From assembly GCA_049320885.1 (NCBI GenBank), contig JBMORA010000001.1:370622-434621 (forward strand): a stretch of 64,000 bases of DNA, written 5' to 3'. Positions within the stretch are counted from its first letter, which is position 1, and each line of letters starts with the position of its first letter. The notes below the pieces were generated by a model. That model was not told the origin of the DNA, did no database searches, and saw nothing but the letters and a program-made list of their open reading frames with translations. Below are positions 39,453-49,181 of the stretch, in pieces. Origin of the DNA: Thermodesulfobacteriota bacterium (lineage in GTDB: Bacteria; Desulfobacterota; Desulfobacteria; Desulfobacterales; SURF-7). Both the position numbers and the translations under genes were made by a program.

Positions 39453-41621
39453 ATGCAAAAAATATGGCGATTCGATTTTCAAAACCGCTGGTGCGCCGGG
39501 CTGCTCATGGTGATTCTGATCGTCGCGCTGGGATTCAGGTTTGCCGAACCCATTACGGACGGTGATCTGTTCTGGCAGATCGAATACGGACGCCAGTTGG
39601 TTGAAAACCGCACCCTGGTGCCCGACCATACATTGTATTCCTGGACCCCTTCCAGCAACGAAACCATTTATTGCGCCTGGATCTCGCAATTGTTTTTATA
39701 CTTCCTGGATCTCGCGGGAGGGCTGAAGTTGTTTTTCGTCCTGCGGTATCTATGCGTTCTGGCTTTTGTTCTGGCGGTGTGGTGGTTCGGCCATCGCCTG
39801 GGCATAGGGAAACACCCCCTTACGTTTGCCGTGATGCTGGCTGGAATATTGGCCGCCTATCTGGGCACCTATATCAAACCGGAACTATTTTCCCTGATTT
39901 TTTTCCTGGCGGCGGCCCTGGTCTATTTCGGCGTGAAAGCCTCCCTGTGGCCCGGAATCGGCTCCCGCCTGTTCTATGTCTATCCGATTCTGTTTCTTCT
40001 ATGGGTCAACAGCCACGGTGTGTTCATCTTCGGTCTCGCCCTTCTGGCCGTCCTGGTCCTGGCGGAAGGGGTGAATCGGAAACTGTCCCCAAAAATCGCC
40101 ATGGCCCGGAGGGATTACCATCGTTTCGCCGGTGCCGCGATTCTGAGCGCTGGCACCATTCTGCTGACGCCATATGGGTTCAGAATGCCCGGCCAGTTGC
40201 TGCCGATTCTGCTGTCCGGGGAGCAGGGAGATCAGAACCTGATGACGGTGGGGGCCCATCTTTCGACTTTTGCGGGCTCGTCCAGACTTCATACCTTTGA
40301 ATTCTTCATCCTGTTCGTCGCTCTGCTGGGCGGGATGTACTTGTATCACGGATTCCGACGGAAACAATGGGATTGGGGGATTTTGATTCCCAACCTTTTT
40401 CTGGCATACCTCTACACCCGGTTTCTGCGGACGACCTATTACTGGGCGCCCTTCTGGTGCTTCAGCATTCTGTACCTGCGACATCGTCTTTCAGCCGACG
40501 GAACGGCACACCGAACCCCCATGACGTTCATCATCCGGTTCCTGGCGGTTCTGTATGTCATTTTTCTTGCGGCGCGGGCGGTATACGATGTGCGCTACGA
40601 CAATTTCCCCACGCGCTGGGCCGGATTCGGCATTTCCTACTATAACCCCGTGGACGCCAGTGACTTTCTGAAACAATATCATCCCGGAGAAAGGCTTTAC
40701 AACAGTTATACGGCGGGAGGATATCTGCTCTACGATCTCTACCCGCTTTACAAGGTATTCTGCGATCCAAGATACTTTCCTTATAAGGACTGGTATCCGG
40801 AATACTATCGCTTCAACAACGGCCCCACCCCCATTGAGGAATTTCAAAAAAAATATCCATTCGATGTGGCGCTCATCGATTATCATACATCCACTGCGCT
40901 GATTTTGAAATTCCTGCAATCCAGGGCTTGGAAACCGATTTTTTACGGGCCTTTCGCCATGGTGTTCGCCCAGAAGGCTCTTCCCTTTCCGTCGGATTTG
41001 ACACAATTGGATCCGGCCCGGTTCGATGACCAGCTCCATAGCCTGACCCAGGCCCATCTGGTGTTCGCCGTGGCGGTTGAACTGGGTGATCTGGAAACCT
41101 CCGGTCGTGTTCTAAACGTCATCCGGAGAGAATTCAGGGGATATCCACGCTATGAACGGACACTGAGAGAATGCTCCCTGGCGCAGCAAGGGCTTACCGC
41201 CTTTAAAAACAAAGAGTATGAAAAAGCCTTCGCCGCGTTATACGATCTGGGATACCGGGATAACGCGCCCAGAACCAATTTCGCGCTGTTGTATCTCACC
41301 AATTACAAGGTCAAACAGCTAGTCGGAAAGAACGACCTCGAAGCAGCCCTCAAATTGATGGAGGCCATGCTGCGCCATCAGCCCGATTATGAGGACTTTT
41401 TGTTTAACGCAGGCGTTATCGGTTATCTGGTGGAAAAACACGCTCCCGCCAATCCGAATGCAGGCCTCATGCCCCAGATGGAACTGCTTTCCAGCAAGAC
41501 CGATTGGCAGCGACATTTCATGCGGCTGCTGAAACTGAACCCGAACCACCGGTATGCGGATCTGATCCGGCGGGTGCTGAACGGAGAAGATCTCCCGAAA
41601 CAGACCCCGTTGATCCTGTAA
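39453..41621 (+). CDS. Polytopic membrane protein, putative GT-C-fold glycosyltransferase with C-terminal TPR-like helices
   Basis: About 11-12 hydrophobic segments; acidic DGDLFW after TM1; KPELFS, LWVNSHG and TPYG motifs; soluble domain YNSYTAGGYL...KVFCDPR; helical C-terminal tail. Function is inferred. Confidence 0.65.
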   Translation: MQKIWRFDFQNRWCAGLLMVILIVALGFRFAEPITDGDLFWQIEYGRQLVENRTLVPDHTLYSWTPSSNETIYCAWISQLFLYFLDLAGGLKLFFVLRYLCVLAFVLAVWWFGHRLGIGKHPLTFAVMLAGILAAYLGTYIKPELFSLIFFLAAALVYFGVKASLWPGIGSRLFYVYPILFLLWVNSHGVFIFGLALLAVLVLAEGVNRKLSPKIAMARRDYHRFAGAAILSAGTILLTPYGFRMPGQLLPILLSGEQGDQNLMTVGAHLSTFAGSSRLHTFEFFILFVALLGGMYLYHGFRRKQWDWGILIPNLFLAYLYTRFLRTTYYWAPFWCFSILYLRHRLSADGTAHRTPMTFIIRFLAVLYVIFLAARAVYDVRYDNFPTRWAGFGISYYNPVDASDFLKQYHPGERLYNSYTAGGYLLYDLYPLYKVFCDPRYFPYKDWYPEYYRFNNGPTPIEEFQKKYPFDVALIDYHTSTALILKFLQSRAWKPIFYGPFAMVFAQKALPFPSDLTQLDPARFDDQLHSLTQAHLVFAVAVELGDLETSGRVLNVIRREFRGYPRYERTLRECSLAQQGLTAFKNKEYEKAFAALYDLGYRDNAPRTNFALLYLTNYKVKQLVGKNDLEAALKLMEAMLRHQPDYEDFLFNAGVIGYLVEKHAPANPNAGLMPQMELLSSKTDWQRHFMRLLKLNPNHRYADLIRRVLNGEDLPKQTPLIL

Positions 41622-41644
41622 GCCGTCTCCGGGAGAAAGCATGA

Positions 41645-42469
41645 TTGACAGATAAAGGAAAAATTGGAATACCGGAACTCATGAAATCCAACGCCTATGA
41701 AAAAAACTGGGGGCATTACGGGAAGGCCATCGCGGAAAAGAGGGCGACTCCGGAATGGGGAATCGTCCGGAAAGCGAGGGAAACCCACTGGGACGAATTT
41801 TTTTCCGTCAATGGAACCCATGCGGTTCTGGATGCCGGTTGCGGACTCGGAGATTATACGGTCTATGCATTGCGTAGTGGCGCCCGGGTCTGGGCCTTTG
41901 ATTACACTCCGGAAATGGTCATCGCCACCCGTGACAGGATATCGGAAAACGGATTGAAGGCCGAGGGGCTGTATGTGGGTTCCGTCACCGACATCCCCCA
42001 CGAAGACCGATCTTTTGATATTGTTTTCTGCCTCGCCGTGCTGGATCATCTGCCATTGCGGGAACGCCTGCAAGCCCGCAGCGAATTATACCGCGTCCTG
42101 AAACCGGGAGGATTCCTGTATCTGGACGTGCCGAACCGGCTGGCCTGGCATTGGCGTCTCGTCTTTTACGGCATGCGTTTTCTGAACCTGTATCCCGGGG
42201 GGAAAATCCATTTTTTCCTGCCCTGGGAACTGCAAGCCTTCATCCGCGGAGGGGGCTTTCAACCCTCGGGCAGTTTGGGGATGACTTTCTGTCCGCCCTT
42301 CAGCGGCATCTATACCACCGATATCCGGCGGCTCACGATTCTGCCGGACCATCTGATCCAACCCCTGGACGAGTTCTATCTCCGGATCGAGCAAACCTTT
42401 CGGCGCAAGCGTCTTTTCAAGCCGTTCTGCTGGCATTATTTTCTGAAGGCAAAAAAACCGAATGAATGA
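41645..42469 (+). CDS. Class I SAM-dependent methyltransferase
   Basis: VLDAGCGLG, SFDIVFC and RVLKPGG motifs. Confidence 0.92.
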   Translation: MTDKGKIGIPELMKSNAYEKNWGHYGKAIAEKRATPEWGIVRKARETHWDEFFSVNGTHAVLDAGCGLGDYTVYALRSGARVWAFDYTPEMVIATRDRISENGLKAEGLYVGSVTDIPHEDRSFDIVFCLAVLDHLPLRERLQARSELYRVLKPGGFLYLDVPNRLAWHWRLVFYGMRFLNLYPGGKIHFFLPWELQAFIRGGGFQPSGSLGMTFCPPFSGIYTTDIRRLTILPDHLIQPLDEFYLRIEQTFRRKRLFKPFCWHYFLKAKKPNE

Positions 42470-42514
42470 TTCATGATATGAGACCCCCCTCGACAACACC
42501 CGGAGCTTCTTTCC

Positions 42515-43252
42515 ATGGCCCTTGACCGCCGCCGATTTTCCATCCCCGCCAGGGAACTGTTGCGGGCGGTCCCGGCCTGGGAATGCCATCTGCATACGGA
42601 TATGACGGATGGGAGCGCCACCATCGAGGCCTGCGCCCGCAAGGCCTGCGATCTGGGATTGACCCGCATCATTTTTACCGAACACACCGAGGGTTGGAAA
42701 TCGTCCAGGCGGAACTGGTTTGACGCCTACCTGGTGGCGGTGCGAAAAACCGCAGAGGCCTATGCGGGCCGGATGGAAATTGTCGCCGGAATCGAGGCCC
42801 CGGCCCTGGATTTCAACCACACGCTGGATCTCGGCGGAGCCGTTCAGGCGGACATCCCGTTTATCCTCGGCGCGGCCCATCGCTATCCGGGCCTGAACGG
42901 CCGACGGGTGAAAGAACTGTCTCCGGCCGAATGCATTGAATTGGAGTACAAAACCCTGCTCTCCCTGGCCCGCAACCCCATGATTTCGTCCATCGCCCAC
43001 CTGGGAGGAACCTGTCGCCGGTATTGCAGCGAATTCCCCGACGACCTGACCGCCAAGGTGATTCGCACGGCCAGGGACAACGGAATCGCCATCGAGCTGA
43101 ATTCCAGATACCACGTTCCCTTATCTCCGATTCTGAGCATCTGTCTTCAGGAGAACGCCCATGTCACCATCGGCAGCGACGCGCATTCCCTCAACGAAAT
43201 CGGGACCGGATGTGCGGCAGTGGCAACCGCCCTGGAGGAGCTGAACGGATGA
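42515..43252 (+). CDS. PHP-domain phosphoesterase
   Basis: HLHT..DG, FTEH, GIE, IAHLG, IELN and GSDAH motifs. Confidence 0.9.
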   Translation: MALDRRRFSIPARELLRAVPAWECHLHTDMTDGSATIEACARKACDLGLTRIIFTEHTEGWKSSRRNWFDAYLVAVRKTAEAYAGRMEIVAGIEAPALDFNHTLDLGGAVQADIPFILGAAHRYPGLNGRRVKELSPAECIELEYKTLLSLARNPMISSIAHLGGTCRRYCSEFPDDLTAKVIRTARDNGIAIELNSRYHVPLSPILSICLQENAHVTIGSDAHSLNEIGTGCAAVATALEELNG

Positions 43253-44229
43253 GCGAACGTCCCATCCATTTGCTGATCACGGCCGTCGGTTCCGAGCTGG
43301 CTCTTTCGGTCATCAAGGCCGCGCGCCTGGTACGTTTCCCGTTGACTCTGTTCGGCTGCGATATCCATGCCCAGGTGGTCGGCCGGTATTGGTGTAACGG
43401 TTTTCGGACGGTGCCGCCGGCGCGGGAAGAGGATCGGTACATCGCCGCCGTCCGGAACCTGGTCCGGGAATTCCACATAGACGCCCTTGTGCCCACGGCC
43501 GATGCCGAGTTCGAAATTCTCGCCCGGCACCGGGATGGGTTCCGTTCCGATCCCGGTTGCCGCATCCTGGTGAACCCGCTGGATGAAATCAGACGCTTCA
43601 CCGACAAATGGGCAACCCATCAATGGTTTCAAAAAAAAAATATTCCGTCCCCCGCAACCCATCCAGCTGAAACCGAAGCGGATATCCAGGAGGCGGTGTC
43701 CGCACTCGGATTCCCGATGATGCTCAAACCAAGAACCGGCGGAGGTTCGCGACACATATGGAAGCTGCGATCCATGGATGATCTCCGCAAGTATCTGCCG
43801 TCGGTCCCCCGCCCTGTCCTGCAGGAATATGTGTTTCCCGATGACGAAGAATACACCGCCGGCACCTACAGAAGCCGGAGCGGGGAAATTTACGCGATTG
43901 TATTGAAACGCGCACTCAAATTCGGTATGACCAACTCCGCCCGAAGCCTTGCCCACAGACCCGAACTGGAAGCCTTCTGCGCTGAAACCATCCGTAAAAC
44001 CAACCTGGAGGGTTCGAACAACATTCAGTTCCGAATCGACTCGAAGGGCCCCAGGGTGATGGAGATCAACCCCCGTTTTTCCGGCACCACCGGCATCCGC
44101 GCGAACTGCGGCTTCAACGACCTGGAAATGTGGCTGACGGAAGCCCTCGACCTTGGAACAATCCGTCCCCCCACGATCCGCGAGCGGCTGGTGATGAGAT
44201 ATATGGAAGAGCTGTATGTCGATATTTAG
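43249..44229 (+). CDS. ATP-grasp ligase (CPS-like, sugar-cluster type)
   Basis: DKWAT, LKPRTGGGS, LQEYV and MEINPRFSGT motifs; ATGA overlap with the PHP gene. Confidence 0.9.
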   Translation: MSERPIHLLITAVGSELALSVIKAARLVRFPLTLFGCDIHAQVVGRYWCNGFRTVPPAREEDRYIAAVRNLVREFHIDALVPTADAEFEILARHRDGFRSDPGCRILVNPLDEIRRFTDKWATHQWFQKKNIPSPATHPAETEADIQEAVSALGFPMMLKPRTGGGSRHIWKLRSMDDLRKYLPSVPRPVLQEYVFPDDEEYTAGTYRSRSGEIYAIVLKRALKFGMTNSARSLAHRPELEAFCAETIRKTNLEGSNNIQFRIDSKGPRVMEINPRFSGTTGIRANCGFNDLEMWLTEALDLGTIRPPTIRERLVMRYMEELYVDI

Positions 44230-44241
44230 GAGCAAAACAAC

Positions 44242-45168
44242 ATGCATGTATCCATGGTGAGCCCGGTCTACAACGAAGAAAAAACCATTGTCGAATTTAT
44301 CGAGCGATCCCTCGCCGCGCTGAGGACGATGACGCCGGATTTCGAGATGATCCTGGTCAATGACGGCAGCACGGACAACACCCTGCGACTTTTGCAGGCT
44401 TTAAAAGCAGCGCATCCGCAGATACGGATTGTCAATCTGTCGAGAAACATGGGCCAGCAGGCCGCGACACTCATCGGAATGCAGCAGGCAAGCGGCGAGA
44501 TGGTTTTTCTGCTCGACTCCGATCTGCAGATATATCCGGAAGATATGCTCAAACTGTATCGACACGCCGGCGGCCTCGAAACCTGGGAAGTGATCAGCGG
44601 CGCCAGGTCGCACAGGTCCCATGGATTCCTGCGATCCATCGGCTCCCGTACGGTGACCCGCCTGGTCAACTTCATGGCCCGCACCAACCTGACGGATCCG
44701 GCCTCCACCTTTCTGCTGATCAAAAAGGATGTCCTGCAAAAAGTCATCAAATACGACATCCTGGCCCAAAATTTTTCCCTGCTCATCTGCTATCTGGGCT
44801 TCTCGATTTCCCAGGTTCCGATCGAGTATCATCCCAATACCAGACGCAACAGCAGTTACAGCCTGTTCACCCTGATGGAAGTGCTGTTTCTGGCCGTTCT
44901 CAACTATTCAACGGGAAAAAAAACCATCTTCTACCTCATGCTCACGGGGTTTGCATCCCTGGGAACCGGCGCTTTTTTCACCGTCGTGCTCATCATGGCC
45001 GGGATCATCCAGCAGACGAAACTGGCCACCAATCTGCTGCTGTTTTTTTTATCCATCGCCATTATCGGTATCCAGTTCATTTTCCTGGGCATCATCGCCT
45101 ATAAAATCGAATCCACCAACCGGAACCTCGGGTTCCGCCAGACCATCACCTGTATCCGCGATGAATAA
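44242..45168 (+). CDS. GT2 polyprenol-phosphate glycosyltransferase (ArnC/GtrB-like)
   Basis: PVYNEE, VNDGSTD, LSRNMGQQAA and LDSDLQ motifs, plus two C-terminal TMs. Confidence 0.9.
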   Translation: MHVSMVSPVYNEEKTIVEFIERSLAALRTMTPDFEMILVNDGSTDNTLRLLQALKAAHPQIRIVNLSRNMGQQAATLIGMQQASGEMVFLLDSDLQIYPEDMLKLYRHAGGLETWEVISGARSHRSHGFLRSIGSRTVTRLVNFMARTNLTDPASTFLLIKKDVLQKVIKYDILAQNFSLLICYLGFSISQVPIEYHPNTRRNSSYSLFTLMEVLFLAVLNYSTGKKTIFYLMLTGFASLGTGAFFTVVLIMAGIIQQTKLATNLLLFFLSIAIIGIQFIFLGIIAYKIESTNRNLGFRQTITCIRDE

Positions 45169-46219
45169 ATCAAAAACACCGCTTCCGGAAAACGCCGTCT
45201 ATACCGGCAGAGGCACAACGGCCCTCTGGGCGATCCTCAACGCGCTGGATCGCAGGGGCGCCGATGTGATGCTGCCCGTCAATATCTGCGAGATCGTCAT
45301 CCCGGTGCTGCTGAATGCCGGCCTGCGACCGGCCTTCTACGATGTCGATCCGAACAGCGGCAACACGACCATCGAGATTCTCCGGGCTTCCAGAACGGCC
45401 CGCGCCGCCGCCTGCATCGTCGTTCACAATTTCGGGACACCTCTGGAAATCGGCCCCATGGCGGAATGGGCCGCCCGGGAGGGTCTTTTCCTGATCGAGG
45501 ATGCCTGCAATGCCCTGGGCGCCGCCTGGCGGGGAAGGCCGGTCGGAACCTTCGGGGATGCTTCCATATTCAGTTTCGGTCATGCCAAGATCGTCGCTGT
45601 CGGCGCCGGCGGTGCGCTCCATGTCCGGGACCGGGAAATGGGGGAAAAAGCCAAGCAGCTCCTGAGGTCCCTGCCGACGGCCTCCCGCGTCCATAAGGAA
45701 GCGGATGTCCATTTCCAATCTGTTTTGCGCTCCCTGCGCCTGAATCCGATCGCCCAGAAACCGTCGATCTACAGAAGTCTGTATGGAGAATATTTTCCGT
45801 ACCTCCTGTTCCAGCCGGACGAAGCCATGAAAAAAGACATGGACCAAGGCCTGACGGGGCTGGAGGCGAACCTCGCATCCAGGCGCAAAAAAGCGGCGCT
45901 ATGGCGGGAATGCCTGACCTTGGCGACCCTGGAACATCGTGAACTCGTCGAGGGGGACGCCGTCTGGCGGTATACCTTCCTTGCCCCGGAAAAAAGACGG
46001 AACGGGATTCTGGAAGCATTGTCTGCCGCTTCCATACCGGCAAGCAAGTGGTATCCTCCCGTCCATACCCTTTTCGACGAGTTTTCCGGGTTTGGCGCCT
46101 TTCCCGGCGCGGAAAGTTTCGCCAGCCGCTGCATCAATGTCTTCGTGGACGAATCCGTCTCCGTCCGCCGGATACGCAAGGCGGCCGAACTTATTCAACA
46201 GACGCTGGAAGAATCATGA
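45161..46219 (+). CDS. Divergent DegT/DnrJ/EryC1/StrS PLP-dependent enzyme
   Basis: RGTTAL, VVHNFG, IEDACNALG and SFGHAK..GAGG (PLP Lys) motifs. Confidence 0.85.
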   Translation: MNKSKTPLPENAVYTGRGTTALWAILNALDRRGADVMLPVNICEIVIPVLLNAGLRPAFYDVDPNSGNTTIEILRASRTARAAACIVVHNFGTPLEIGPMAEWAAREGLFLIEDACNALGAAWRGRPVGTFGDASIFSFGHAKIVAVGAGGALHVRDREMGEKAKQLLRSLPTASRVHKEADVHFQSVLRSLRLNPIAQKPSIYRSLYGEYFPYLLFQPDEAMKKDMDQGLTGLEANLASRRKKAALWRECLTLATLEHRELVEGDAVWRYTFLAPEKRRNGILEALSAASIPASKWYPPVHTLFDEFSGFGAFPGAESFASRCINVFVDESVSVRRIRKAAELIQQTLEES

Positions 46220-46935
46220 GGCGCATTTCCATCATCCAACCAAGCTTCCTGCCCTGGCTGGGATATTTCGAACAGATGGGCCGCGCCGACGTGTTCGTTC
46301 ATTTCGACGATGTCCAATACACCCGCAAGGACTGGAGGAATCGCAACCGCCTGAAGAGCCCGGACGGGGTGCAGATGGTCACCGTTCCGGTGCAGCAACA
46401 CCACTATGCGCAAACACCCATTAACCAGATCCGGATATCGTATGATTCCCCCTGGAATGAAAAAATGCTCCACCGGATTTCCTTCTGGTATAAAAGCGCC
46501 CCATATTTCGAACCCGTCTTTTCCGAAATCAAGGCCGTTCTCATGATGAGGTTCGATTATCTCACGGATCTGAACTACGCCCTGCTTGAAATTCTGAGGA
46601 AACGGCTGGAAATTGCGACTCCCCAATATAAATCCTCCGATCTTCCCGGAAAACCGGAGGACAAGAACGCAAAAATCATCGACATCTGCAGACGCCACAA
46701 TGCGGATCTGCTCTATGACGGCAATGCGGCCAAAAGCTTCATCAACCGGGACCTGTTCGCGGCAAACGGGATATCCGTCATCTTCCAGGAATACCATCAC
46801 ACCCCTTACCCGCAATTGTGGGGCGATTTCACCTCCCATCTTTCGGTGCTGGACCTGCTGATGAATTGCGGACCGGAATCGAGAAAAATTCTGCTGTCGA
46901 GTCCCGTTCCGGAATTGTTGGAGAAGCCATCATGA
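46216..46935 (+). CDS. WbqC-family protein
   Basis: IIQPSFLPWLGYF, DDVQY..WRNRN and YPQLWGDF..LSVLDLLMNCG motifs. Confidence 0.92.
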   Translation: MRRISIIQPSFLPWLGYFEQMGRADVFVHFDDVQYTRKDWRNRNRLKSPDGVQMVTVPVQQHHYAQTPINQIRISYDSPWNEKMLHRISFWYKSAPYFEPVFSEIKAVLMMRFDYLTDLNYALLEILRKRLEIATPQYKSSDLPGKPEDKNAKIIDICRRHNADLLYDGNAAKSFINRDLFAANGISVIFQEYHHTPYPQLWGDFTSHLSVLDLLMNCGPESRKILLSSPVPELLEKPS

Positions 46936-48107
46936 CCTGCACCCGCAATTGCCCTGTCTGCGGCTCCGAAAACTGGGAGCCGTTTCTTGGTTTCCGCACG
47001 GGCAGGGCGCTCACCAGCGACCAGGCCATTATCTGCGCCGATCTGGACAAATCCGTCTGCCGCGGGTGCGGGATAGTGGCGAACACCCGGAGGGCGACGG
47101 AAGCAGAGCTGCGACGCTATTATTCCACGGATTACACCCTCGGCCTGTCGGAAACCGAGCATCTGTTCTTCGGCAGCCATGGACCGCTGCCCCGCTCCCA
47201 GGTATATTTCGACTGGATAAGCCCCCACCTGCCGGAACATTTTTCTAGTCTGCTGGAAATCGGCTGCGGTCAGGGGCATTTGCTGAAAAGGCTTTCCGAC
47301 CGGTATCCCGGAAAGCGCCTGCGGGGTATCGACGGCAGCCGGGAGGCCTGCGGAATCGCCAGGAAAAAAGGCCTTGCGGTTGATCCGGGAATGCTGTCGC
47401 CGGACGATGGCGCCCCTCCCCGTCCCAAGGTGGATGTCATCCTCGCCGTCGGTGTTCTGGAACATGTGGAGACACCCGCCTTCTTTGTCCATTCCATCAG
47501 CCAGATGCTTTCCGAAAACGGAACCGCCATCTTATGCGCTCCTGTTCAGGATTATCCCGGATGCGATCTGTTTTTCTGCGAACACATCTGGCATTTCACC
47601 GCCTTCCAATGCGCCGGCATGCTGGAGAACAACGGCCTGGAAGTGGTGCATCTGGATTTCCATCATCCCGTCAACACCGGTTTCGGCCTTTTTGTCTGCC
47701 GAAGCGCCATGGGGAAAAAACATCCGGTGAACCCCGCGCCGCAAAGCCGCGCCGCCATAACGAACAGGGATGTCTGGCTACGGATTTTCGACGCCGTGAA
47801 CGCCTGGCTCGCCGCCAGGACCGGAATCCGGCTGGCGGTGTTCGGCTGCAGTGAGATCTTCAGTCTGTTGATGGCCTATACGGCGCTTGGCGACCATAAC
47901 ATCCTTGCCTGCCTCGACGAAAACCGCGCCCTCTGGGGCACCGGAAAGCACGGAATCGAGGTGGTTTCACCGGAATGGCTGGCCGCCGGGCGGGCGGATG
48001 CGGTTTTACTGGCCATCAGTCCAAAATATCACAATCTTGTATTGGAAAAAATCCGGCCTTACGGTATAGAGGTTTTTTCATTCATCCAAAAGGAGATCGG
48101 TGCTTGA
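46932..48107 (+). CDS. SAM-dependent methyltransferase with N-terminal Zn ribbon and C-terminal Rossmann-like domain (sugar C-methyltransferase-like architecture)
   Basis: CPVC...CRGC, LEIGCGQG, VLEHV and LAVFGC...LDEN motifs. Confidence 0.82.
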   Translation: MTCTRNCPVCGSENWEPFLGFRTGRALTSDQAIICADLDKSVCRGCGIVANTRRATEAELRRYYSTDYTLGLSETEHLFFGSHGPLPRSQVYFDWISPHLPEHFSSLLEIGCGQGHLLKRLSDRYPGKRLRGIDGSREACGIARKKGLAVDPGMLSPDDGAPPRPKVDVILAVGVLEHVETPAFFVHSISQMLSENGTAILCAPVQDYPGCDLFFCEHIWHFTAFQCAGMLENNGLEVVHLDFHHPVNTGFGLFVCRSAMGKKHPVNPAPQSRAAITNRDVWLRIFDAVNAWLAARTGIRLAVFGCSEIFSLLMAYTALGDHNILACLDENRALWGTGKHGIEVVSPEWLAAGRADAVLLAISPKYHNLVLEKIRPYGIEVFSFIQKEIGA

Positions 48108-49135
48108 GAACCATATTAATCACCGGAGGCGCTGGTTTCATCGGCTCCAACCTGGTGCGCTACTGGTATGACAACCATCCGGAGGACCGGATCATCGTCC
48201 TCGACACCCTGACCTATGCCGGCCGACTGTTGAACATACCGGTACGGATTCACAAGGACAAAGACCGTTTCGATTTCTACCTGGGAAGCGTCACGTCCAT
48301 CGAGATGGTCAATTCGGTTGTCCAGAAATCGGATATTGTCGTTCATTTCGCGGCCGAAACCCATGTCACCCGGTCCATCCTCGAAAGCCGGCGCTTCTTT
48401 GAAACCGATGTTCTGGGTACCCATACCATCGCCAATGCCGTGCTGAAATTTCAGGACCAGGTGGAACGGTTCATCCACATATCCACTTCGGAGGTTTACG
48501 GCACGGCCCTATACGATCCCATGGATGAGGAGCACCCCCTCAACCCCTGCAGCCCTTATGCCTCCGCCAAATGCGGCGCCGACCGCCTCGTGCTCTCGTA
48601 TTTCCTGACCTATGGAATACCGGCGGTCATCCTGCGGCCTTTCAACCAGTATGGTCCCTATCAGCATCTGGAAAAAGTGATCCCGCGGTTCATCACCTCG
48701 GCCATTCATGACGAGCCCCTGACCATCCACGGGGACGGAACCGCCAAAAGGGATTGGTTGTATGTGGAGGACACCTGCCGCCGCATCGAAGCGGCCATCG
48801 AGGCCCCGCTGGAAACGGTCCGCGGCCAGGCCATCAATATCGGCTCCGGGGAGGATATCAGCATCATCGACATCGCGCACATGATCCTGCAGGAAACCGG
48901 AAAGCCCATGGAACTGCTCGTTCATGTGGGGGACCGTCTCGGCCAGGTTTCCCGACACATATCCTCAACGGAAAAAGCCGCAAACCTGCTGGGTGTTGGT
49001 GCCGGCCGGCCGTTCCGGGAAGGGTTGCGGCAGACCATCGACTGGTATGTCCGCAATGAACCCTGGTGGCGGGAAATCGAATGGATGAAACACGTAAAGG
49101 TATTGACCGATGCCGGAAAAGAGGAAGCCCATTGA
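48104..49135 (+). CDS. dTDP-glucose 4,6-dehydratase-like NDP-sugar dehydratase
   Basis: TGGAGFIGSN, LTYAG, HFAAETHV, ISTSEVYG and PYASAK motifs; TTG start after AAGGAG. Confidence 0.9.
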   Translation: MRTILITGGAGFIGSNLVRYWYDNHPEDRIIVLDTLTYAGRLLNIPVRIHKDKDRFDFYLGSVTSIEMVNSVVQKSDIVVHFAAETHVTRSILESRRFFETDVLGTHTIANAVLKFQDQVERFIHISTSEVYGTALYDPMDEEHPLNPCSPYASAKCGADRLVLSYFLTYGIPAVILRPFNQYGPYQHLEKVIPRFITSAIHDEPLTIHGDGTAKRDWLYVEDTCRRIEAAIEAPLETVRGQAINIGSGEDISIIDIAHMILQETGKPMELLVHVGDRLGQVSRHISSTEKAANLLGVGAGRPFREGLRQTIDWYVRNEPWWREIEWMKHVKVLTDAGKEEAH

Positions 49136-49181
49136 TGCCATTTGTCAGGATTGAATAACCGATGAAACCATCGCCGCGGCC

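Noticed and set aside
42473..42514. In-frame TGA just upstream of the PHP gene as a third Sec codon
   Set aside because: Not at a recognisable conserved Cys position; the PHP motifs all begin downstream of ATG 42515.
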